A DNA stretch of 64,000 nt from Nanobdellota archaeon (GTDB lineage Archaea; Nanobdellota; Nanobdellia; JAAOXT01). The translations under genes and the position numbers were made by a program. The stretch covers positions 536 through 64,535 of the forward strand of contig JAAOXT010000027.1 of assembly GCA_018221045.1 (NCBI GenBank), in the 5' to 3' direction. The notes under the pieces are model-generated. The model was not told the DNA's origin, searched no databases, and worked only from the letters and a program-made list of their open reading frames with translations. Positions 53,055 through 60,357 of the stretch are shown in pieces; positions within the stretch are counted from its first letter, which is position 1; the number at the start of each line of letters is the position of its first letter.

Positions 53055-53804
53055 ATGAGGATAATAAAACACGGAAAACAGCCGAAAACGAGTAACGCTT
53101 ACCTTATTGAAGGCTTGCCAGGCATCGGGAACGTTGCCAGGATTTGCGCTGATTACCTTATAGACAAGTTGAAAGCTAAAAAAATAATGTCTCTTTACTC
53201 AAAAACCCTGCCCAATTACGTTTTCGTAAACGATGAGAACTTTGCGAACATGCCTTGCGTGGACTTCTATCACAGCAAGGTTGGAAAGAAAGATTTGATA
53301 TTTTTGGTCGGCGACGTTCAGCCAATGGAAGACCAGAAGAGCCATGAGCTCACGGAAGAAATACTTAGTGCGTGCAAGCCGTTCAAGGTTAAAACCATTG
53401 TAACACTTGGAGGAATCGGTTTAAGAAAGCAGGTTAAAAAAGTGAGGGTTCACGCAGCGGTAACTGATAAAAAATATGTTAAAGAGCTTAAAAAATTGGG
53501 AGTGGTTTTTGAAGGCAACAAGACTGTTAGCGTTATAGTCGGGGCAGCGGGAACGCTGTTAGGTTGGGGGGCTATTAACGGTTTGAAGGGTTTTTCCTTG
53601 TTAGCCGAGACGTTGACCGTGCCTGGTTACGTGGGGATTCGTTCGGCTCGAGCCATCCTGGAAGTGTTGATGAAATATTTTAACCTTAAAATAAGTCTTA
53701 AAGGATTGGATAAGGAAATCAAAGAGTTCGAAAAATTTAGCCAGCACAAAATGCGCATGATAAAGAAAAAAATTCTTCCCAAAAACCTGCAATACATAGG
53801 CTAA
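53055..53804 (+). CDS. PAC2-family proteasome assembly chaperone-like protein
   Basis: YLIEGLPGIGNVARICADYLIDKL and its conserved position after Nop10 support the call. I prefer the ATG at 53055 over the TTG at 53037. Confidence 0.65.
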   Translation: MRIIKHGKQPKTSNAYLIEGLPGIGNVARICADYLIDKLKAKKIMSLYSKTLPNYVFVNDENFANMPCVDFYHSKVGKKDLIFLVGDVQPMEDQKSHELTEEILSACKPFKVKTIVTLGGIGLRKQVKKVRVHAAVTDKKYVKELKKLGVVFEGNKTVSVIVGAAGTLLGWGAINGLKGFSLLAETLTVPGYVGIRSARAILEVLMKYFNLKISLKGLDKEIKEFEKFSQHKMRMIKKKILPKNLQYIG

Positions 53805-53812
53805 AACCAATT

Positions 53813-54409
53813 ATGAATATTGATACTCTATTTGAAAAAGCAAAAAAATGTAAGTTATGCTATAAAAATATTTCAATTTATGTTCCTTTGCCTGATCCGA
53901 AGAACGGAAAAAAAGATGTATCGATAATGTTCGTAAATGAAAGACCTGGTAGGGTTGGAACGGGAGATTCGGGTTACGTTTCGTTTGATAATGATGACCC
54001 GTCTGCCAATCTTTTCAAAGAATGTTTTTTTCAATTAGGAATTTCAAGAAAGAAAATTTTTATTACGAATGCTTGCATTTGCCACCCAAAATTTGAAGGG
54101 TATAAAGACAAAGCTCCAAGTACCGAAGAAATAAGGAATTGTGGTTTCTGGCTGAAACGCCAAATTAGTATAACTCAACCTAAATTAATAGTTACGTTAG
54201 GGAATAACGCTTTGAAATCTATAAGATACATATTCCCTGAATCAAAGCAATTAAAAAATTTCAGGCTGAAACATAATATTGGGGAAATAATTAAAGAAAC
54301 AAAACCTTGGATTTATCCGTTGTATCATACTTCTATAAGAGCCCGGCGAACAAGGAATGTTCAACAACAAAAAAAGGACTGGTTAAACATCAAAAAAATT
54401 TCGGGTTAA
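53813..54409 (+). CDS. uracil-DNA glycosylase superfamily protein
   Basis: CKLC near the N-terminus, MFVNERPG, ITNACICHP and the C-terminal YHTS resemble family 4/5 UDG motifs. Confidence 0.6.
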   Translation: MNIDTLFEKAKKCKLCYKNISIYVPLPDPKNGKKDVSIMFVNERPGRVGTGDSGYVSFDNDDPSANLFKECFFQLGISRKKIFITNACICHPKFEGYKDKAPSTEEIRNCGFWLKRQISITQPKLIVTLGNNALKSIRYIFPESKQLKNFRLKHNIGEIIKETKPWIYPLYHTSIRARRTRNVQQQKKDWLNIKKISG

Positions 54410-54435
54410 TTTAAGTATAAGTCCCTTTTGTGTTT

Positions 54436-55308
54436 TTAGTATCTTGGTTGGGCTACAATGCTTATTTGAGGTGAGTCCGTGCAATACCTGTAAACAACGA
54501 AAGCGTTCAGTCTTCCTGAAGCCTCGTCAAAATCGTCCAGTGGAGCCACGTTAAAAACCGCTTTTAAACTCTTATCAGTCCCGCTTATCAGTTTAACATC
54601 AGTAGTAGTGCAAGTGAACTCGTCAACCCCTTCCACGCAGTCAAAGTGGGGTTGCTCCACCTCTTCCATGTTAATTCTTCCACCCATCTTAGGAATGGTT
54701 AGCACGACTGTTTTCACGTACTCGGGAGCACCATAATAAGAATCGCTGATCGTGTCGTTGCCCACAAAACCTTTAACCTTGTCATTATGAACGTTGATTT
54801 TTAGGAAAGCATTCTCTTTCTCGTCGTAAAGACGATTAACCTCAAATGACATGTCAACCACTCCCCTGTTAGTGCCTGACAGCATTTCAGGAACTTCGCC
54901 GTTCCAGTTATTGCCTGCCACGAACACGTCTTGATAAGAAATGGTTCTGTAAACGTAGCACAACCTCATTTTAGGCATGTACGAGCCCCTGACAGCAAGG
55001 TCTTCAGGGATTTGCATGACCCAGCTGAACTCTGCGTCCTCTTCAGGGTGCAGTTTGCTAACAGTTTTTTTCATGCCTCCAGTGACTTTAAGGTCAGCGG
55101 TGTTAAGAATCTCGCCATAAATTTTTTCTGCAACAACGTCGCCTTGATTGGTTATTTTGGCGTTAATGGTTAACTCGTCACCCGGCCTTAACAAGGCCGA
55201 ATCCGCTTCAAAAGAGTCTATGATAATTCCTTTTCCTTTTGGTTGTTCTCCAACGCAACCTAACAGGATAATCATTGTCAGAAAAACGATTATTGGTAGG
55301 GCTTTCAT
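54436..55308 (-). CDS. lipobox surface protein, scaffold paralogue D (290 aa)
   Basis: The signal peptide MKALPIIVFLTMIILLGC has a lipobox. It is clearly paralogous to 55352-56392 (QIPEDLAV..CYVY, ..VYRYC.. C-terminus). Confidence 0.6.
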   Translation of the reverse strand: MKALPIIVFLTMIILLGCVGEQPKGKGIIIDSFEADSALLRPGDELTINAKITNQGDVVAEKIYGEILNTADLKVTGGMKKTVSKLHPEEDAEFSWVMQIPEDLAVRGSYMPKMRLCYVYRTISYQDVFVAGNNWNGEVPEMLSGTNRGVVDMSFEVNRLYDEKENAFLKINVHNDKVKGFVGNDTISDSYYGAPEYVKTVVLTIPKMGGRINMEEVEQPHFDCVEGVDEFTCTTTDVKLISGTDKSLKAVFNVAPLDDFDEASGRLNAFVVYRYCTDSPQISIVAQPRY

Positions 55309-55351
55309 TCTAATAATGATAATCAGTGTAATCGCTCTTTTATAAAAGTTT

Positions 55352-56392
55352 TCAGTCAGGTTCAGCAGTGATGGTCAGGGCGGGGCTTTGCACGCAGTAC
55401 CTGTAATCAATTATTGCTCTTATTCTTCCGCTGACCTCGCTGTCACTTCTTCCGGGGTTGGTGTTGAAGAATATTTTGAGGCTTCTCTCCAAGCCGACCA
55501 TCATTCTAACGTTTTTCGCAGTGCAAACGACTTGCGCGCCGGGCTTCACTACTCCTTGATTAAACTCTTCCAGCACTGTTTCGTCACTGCTTTGAATCTC
55601 GCAGCTGAAGTCCGCTTGCTGAATGCCTGGCTCGTTGAATTTCTTATCATACCCCGTGAAATTGATTATGGTTCGGGTTTCCGGCTCTCCTGTCGCGTTT
55701 AAGAACTCTTCAGTCAGCCCAGTTATTATCAGGGTTACTTTGGTTATGAGGTTCTCGTTTCCGTAATTGTAAACACTGATATCGTTTATCTTGTTCGTGT
55801 TGTTCGCCACGAAACCGTTTTCAATATTGGTTATAGTTACTTCAAATGATTGGTCCTGCTTTTCCCCTTTGTAAGGTTCTTTGGTTTCAAAACCCACTTT
55901 TAACGGCGCCCGGCTAGAACCTTTAACCAGCACGGGTATATCTTGATTCCATCTTGTGCCAACAAATAACACGTCAGAGTAAGCTGTTGAGTTGTAAACG
56001 TAACAGACTCTGGCAAAAGGGTAGTAATTATTGTACACTGCTAGGTCTTCAGGCACTTGAAAGTCCCAAACTATTTCGTCCTTGTCAAAAACGTCAAGGT
56101 TGGGTGACGTGGTCGTCTGACGCAAGGGGGTAAGGTTTATCAATTCCCCGTAAGCGTAGACTTCTGAGAAGACTTGCCTTGCCTGCAGGTTCCCAACGTT
56201 TTGGACTGTGAGAACGAATGTTAGCTCGTCTTTGGGTTCAGCGTGGGTTTGCGTGGTGGTGAAATTCAGTATTGCCACCCCGTTCCCGAGGACAACTTCT
56301 TCTCCGCTCCTCGTCGTTTCGGTTTGCGTGCATCCAGCCATAACCACACTAGTTAAAATGATGAGTGTTGTTAGCAAAACTTTTTTTTTCAT
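55352..56392 (-). CDS. lipobox surface protein, scaffold paralogue C (346 aa)
   Basis: The signal peptide is MKKKVLLTTLIILTSVVMAGC. The blocks PKDELTFVLTVQNVGN, QVPEDLAVYNNYYPFARVCYVYNSTAYSDVLFVG and the C-terminal GRIRAIIDYRYC are present. Confidence 0.6.
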   Translation of the reverse strand: MKKKVLLTTLIILTSVVMAGCTQTETTRSGEEVVLGNGVAILNFTTTQTHAEPKDELTFVLTVQNVGNLQARQVFSEVYAYGELINLTPLRQTTTSPNLDVFDKDEIVWDFQVPEDLAVYNNYYPFARVCYVYNSTAYSDVLFVGTRWNQDIPVLVKGSSRAPLKVGFETKEPYKGEKQDQSFEVTITNIENGFVANNTNKINDISVYNYGNENLITKVTLIITGLTEEFLNATGEPETRTIINFTGYDKKFNEPGIQQADFSCEIQSSDETVLEEFNQGVVKPGAQVVCTAKNVRMMVGLERSLKIFFNTNPGRSDSEVSGRIRAIIDYRYCVQSPALTITAEPD

Positions 56393-59300
56393 ATTAGGTT
56401 AGGCGGGACCACGCTTACGCTCGTGTCACCGCTAATAACATAAGTGTAGTAAATCTTAATATTAAAAGTGTACGTTTTTTGAGGGATCTTGTTGAACTGA
56501 AGGCTTCTCATCTCGCTGCCAGGGTCAGTCGCGTTCCCAAAAGTGAATGGAAGTATGAATATTCTTCCTCCAGCAAGTCTTTCAGGAGATATTATCTGGC
56601 TAACCGAGTTAGTGCCTAATTGAGTTGTCATCTCCACTCCTTGCCGCTGGCACGTGCACGCACCGTAGGAAATGCATTTATCGCTGAAAAGGTCGGAGCC
56701 TTCTGGGCAAGTGCAACTACTAGTGACTGCTTCACATTTTCCAAGATAACATATCATTCCTTTACCGCACATTTCAAAGTCGGTCGCGTCATCTACTAGG
56801 CCGTTGCAGTCATCGTCCAAACCGTTGCATTTTTCATAAGTCAAGGCGTCGCACACACTCCATTGAGCGTTAACGCATTGTTGTTCTCCGCTAACGCACG
56901 ACCCAACAGTGTAGTCCTGGCAAGCCCTGCTTATTGGTTCCCCTTCCATCCCGTCAACCATTCCATCCCCTTCATTGTCCACTCCATCGCAAAGACTTTC
57001 CTGACCCCAAGCTTCCGCCCTCCCTCCGGCGAGCTCGTCTTCCCCATCAGTTAAACCGTTCCAATCGTCGTCAAAACCGTTGTCCAGTAAGTCCTGGCAA
57101 TTCCAGTTTTCACAACCAATTCCTGTGACTCCGGCGAGTTCTAAGGGGTTGCAAACACCGTCGTTGCAAAGCCCTGGCGCGCAATAACTTGTTGAGCAAT
57201 AACCCCTGCTGTCAACGCCAACATAGCACCTGTGACCATTCTCGTCGCGAGAACAGGTTTGATCGCAGTCCCCGCCAGCACTGATTATTGTTGTTACGTC
57301 ACTGCAAGTGTAATAAGTAATTTCCGAAAGGGTTGTGCGGGCAACGTTCCCGTCACAGTTCGGCGCGTTTAATATTTCTTGTCCAATATCATAAGCTATT
57401 TGATTTAACGGGTTTCCAGGTTCTTCCACTGGACCGCAAGTGTTCGTTGCCTCCCCGCAACCCAATCCCGAGTCGCAGCACCACTTGTCAACTCCTGAAC
57501 CGCACGTTTCTTCACTTTCATAACAAAAAGATCCTGAGGTTTTGCAGGAGAGCGCTTCGTCCCCGCAAACCATTGTTCTTGACTCGTAAGTGTTAGAACA
57601 ACACCACTCTCCTCCTTCAATGGAGCAATGGTTCTCGTCTTGAGCGCACACAGTGGCCACGCAACTATTAATGGACGTGGATGAGAACGTGACGTAACCA
57701 GTTTCTCCTTCTAAGACGTGCACTGCCTTCACGCCTGAATAAGCGGACGCGGTGTCAAAGTAGATGCCTATTGAGTCCACGTGCAAGTAACCCGATGGAG
57801 GAGTGTAATCGTTTGTTAGCACCCAGTTGACTGTTTCAGGACTTGATAAGTAGTCTGCGTAAGTTGTCGTGGTTTCAGGGTAATAATATTTGATTGTTCC
57901 TTCACTGTTCTTCGCCTTTAACTCTAAGTAGTCGTTAACCACGAAAACCAGTTCTCCCAGGTTTTGGGCTGGAGAAGTTATGGTAAGCCCTTTGGATATT
58001 AACGATAATGAGTAATCCCCTAGGTTCGCGCTAGTGATTTCTGAACCACCGCTTTCGTACATGCTTATCAAATGGTTCGTCCAACTCGTCGGACAGTAAT
58101 TTTTGGTTGTTGACTCGCCTGTAAAGAAGCCGTTCCCAGATTTGTCAACCGCGCTTAGTGCTTTGCCGTTTTGGTTAATGCATGGCGTCGCGGTCTTCCC
58201 GTCAGTCACGCCCCAAATGTTTACGCCGAGGTCAGGGTCTTCCTCTCCATCGTCGTCTTGCACGTAGAAAGGGTCTGAAGGAGTTAATGAAAGAAGAGTT
58301 GGGGTGGTTGGTGGAGTAATTGGACCTGTGTACTCTACTTCTCCGAGAGGATGAATGTCTAAAAAGAGGGTGTGAGATATTAGTGGAGTCCAGCGAAGGA
58401 TTGTTGAATCCAGTGTTATTCCTCCTCTTAAGTAAACACCGTTCTCGCACGCGCCAGTCATTAAATCAACAATTCTTCCTCCGCAACAACCGGGTTCAAT
58501 CATTGTTTGGTAATAATCTTTAAGGTCTACAAAATTGTTTCCACAACAAATGAAGTCAGGGCTTGTCACGTAGCGCGGCGTATCATCGCAACAAATGAAG
58601 GTTTCTCCACTCCCAGCGCTTTCAACGAATCTTCCTCCGCAACATTCTTTTTCTTGAGCGTCACTAGCGGTGAAAAGGTTTCCGTCGCAGCAAGCGTACA
58701 TTTGAGTGAGGTACTGTGTTGTCTTGCAGCAAGCACTTCCTTCTGGGACGGGACTGCAATCAGTTGAGCATGAGCAAAAGTTTTCTCCTGGCTCGCACAG
58801 GAAGTTGCCGCATTCCTGCAGGCTTCCCCCTTTGGTTTCAATGCATTGTCCTTGCACGAACGCGTCAGCGTTAATAACTCCTTTCGTCCAACCATATTTT
58901 TCTAAGCCATCTTCTGAGAGATCAAGTTCTTGGGGATAAGTTACCACGACTATTGCCTGTTTTTTTCCAATGTATCCTTCTCCAATGTTTTGCACGCTGA
59001 AAACATAATTATATTTGGGACTGTTACCTGAATCAGGGAATAGGATTGGTTGACTGGTTTCAGGGTGGATGCCGACCTCGCTGTTGGACTCGCTGGAAGT
59101 CCCTGATATCTTCCATTGCTCGCCACTTCTCTTTTTTCTTTGCACTTCGCTTTGGCTTAGTGCTATAACGTTTTGTGTCGCGCTCGTCGAGTAATCATAA
59201 TTTACGGAGTAGCTTATTCTATGGTCGTAAGGAAGGTTGTTTATCATGACATCTATAGGTGCTTGCAATAACCATAAGACGTCAAGCTCGTCGTCAGCTA

Positions 59301-60357
59301 GTAATTTGTTCATCGCTCTTTGCGAGTAAGTAACTGTTGGGTCCATGTCGTAGAATCCTTCACACCATTCAATTGATGATTCGGTTGTTTTCACTTCCTG
59401 GTCTCTACCTGACCCGAACCCGCAGGCACAGTTTGTAGGGCAGTCGTCGCTGATGATTAATGCTGTGGAAGATTCTGAACCGTAAAACCTGCAATCGCAA
59501 GTGTATTGGCTCACGCTTGAAGCGTCAAGCGTGTCTGTCGCACAATAATAACTGTTCTCTGAACAAGGGGTTATTCCATCATACCAAGGATAGTATGATT
59601 GACTTATTGTTTCTCCGCCAATGTTGACGCACGAGTTGGATTCGCCGCAAGTAACTCCTGAACTCTTGTCAGAGCAGCACCATGAATTGCACGTGGTAGA
59701 GTCCGGACCGCAGGAAGGGGTGTAGCAGTAAAACTGTATTCTTCCAGTTTCTTCTACTGGAACGTATTGATAGTTTTCAGGACATTTTTGAACAAAGTAT
59801 TGTTCGTTAGGGTGTTGTAAAGCTAGTTGCGCGAGGTTAGGGTCGTTCCTGAACTGGTCCATTATCATGCCAATGTAGGAGGGGTCGCTGCTGTGAGGCC
59901 TGCAAATGCCTGACATGACATCAGCGTAGCTTGAGCCGGTTATTGATTGGCAAACGTATTCGCCGTCAACAAGTTTTAGAGAATAGCCTGAAGGGCATGA
60001 GCGAGGGTTTCCTTCGGTCTCGCAGTCCAAGGTAGACGGGTTGTAATCGTTGTTAGGGCATTGTGCTCGGTAAGTGTTAGGCTCGTACGCGCCCCCGCAT
60101 TCCACTATCTTGAAAGGGGCGACGTTGTCCAGTGATACCACAATGTTTTTCGCGTCGTCTCCGAGAGCGTTATTCCTGATTACGAGTTCAACGTATTCTT
60201 GACCTGCTGGCAGTAGGGTGGTGGTTCCTACCCTGAATTCTAAGGCCCCGACTCCTTCGTTTGATTTTAGCTTAGACTCTGTTTTTGATGGACCCGTTGC
60301 GGTGCAGCCAGCTAGAATGATGATAAGTGATAAAGTGAGCCAAGTTTTTTGGTTCAT
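56389..60357 (-). CDS. 1322-aa Cys-rich lipobox surface protein, scaffold paralogue B with large insertions
   Basis: The signal peptide is MNQKTWLTLSLIIILAGC. I count about 83 Cys by hand. It has WCC modules, a CC-doublet array, acidic CxGxDxxxDG repeats and the scaffold C-terminus TFNIKIYYTYV. It overlaps each neighbour by 4 nt. Confidence 0.7.
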   Translation of the reverse strand: MNQKTWLTLSLIIILAGCTATGPSKTESKLKSNEGVGALEFRVGTTTLLPAGQEYVELVIRNNALGDDAKNIVVSLDNVAPFKIVECGGAYEPNTYRAQCPNNDYNPSTLDCETEGNPRSCPSGYSLKLVDGEYVCQSITGSSYADVMSGICRPHSSDPSYIGMIMDQFRNDPNLAQLALQHPNEQYFVQKCPENYQYVPVEETGRIQFYCYTPSCGPDSTTCNSWCCSDKSSGVTCGESNSCVNIGGETISQSYYPWYDGITPCSENSYYCATDTLDASSVSQYTCDCRFYGSESSTALIISDDCPTNCACGFGSGRDQEVKTTESSIEWCEGFYDMDPTVTYSQRAMNKLLADDELDVLWLLQAPIDVMINNLPYDHRISYSVNYDYSTSATQNVIALSQSEVQRKKRSGEQWKISGTSSESNSEVGIHPETSQPILFPDSGNSPKYNYVFSVQNIGEGYIGKKQAIVVVTYPQELDLSEDGLEKYGWTKGVINADAFVQGQCIETKGGSLQECGNFLCEPGENFCSCSTDCSPVPEGSACCKTTQYLTQMYACCDGNLFTASDAQEKECCGGRFVESAGSGETFICCDDTPRYVTSPDFICCGNNFVDLKDYYQTMIEPGCCGGRIVDLMTGACENGVYLRGGITLDSTILRWTPLISHTLFLDIHPLGEVEYTGPITPPTTPTLLSLTPSDPFYVQDDDGEEDPDLGVNIWGVTDGKTATPCINQNGKALSAVDKSGNGFFTGESTTKNYCPTSWTNHLISMYESGGSEITSANLGDYSLSLISKGLTITSPAQNLGELVFVVNDYLELKAKNSEGTIKYYYPETTTTYADYLSSPETVNWVLTNDYTPPSGYLHVDSIGIYFDTASAYSGVKAVHVLEGETGYVTFSSTSINSCVATVCAQDENHCSIEGGEWCCSNTYESRTMVCGDEALSCKTSGSFCYESEETCGSGVDKWCCDSGLGCGEATNTCGPVEEPGNPLNQIAYDIGQEILNAPNCDGNVARTTLSEITYYTCSDVTTIISAGGDCDQTCSRDENGHRCYVGVDSRGYCSTSYCAPGLCNDGVCNPLELAGVTGIGCENWNCQDLLDNGFDDDWNGLTDGEDELAGGRAEAWGQESLCDGVDNEGDGMVDGMEGEPISRACQDYTVGSCVSGEQQCVNAQWSVCDALTYEKCNGLDDDCNGLVDDATDFEMCGKGMICYLGKCEAVTSSCTCPEGSDLFSDKCISYGACTCQRQGVEMTTQLGTNSVSQIISPERLAGGRIFILPFTFGNATDPGSEMRSLQFNKIPQKTYTFNIKIYYTYVISGDTSVSVVPPNLI

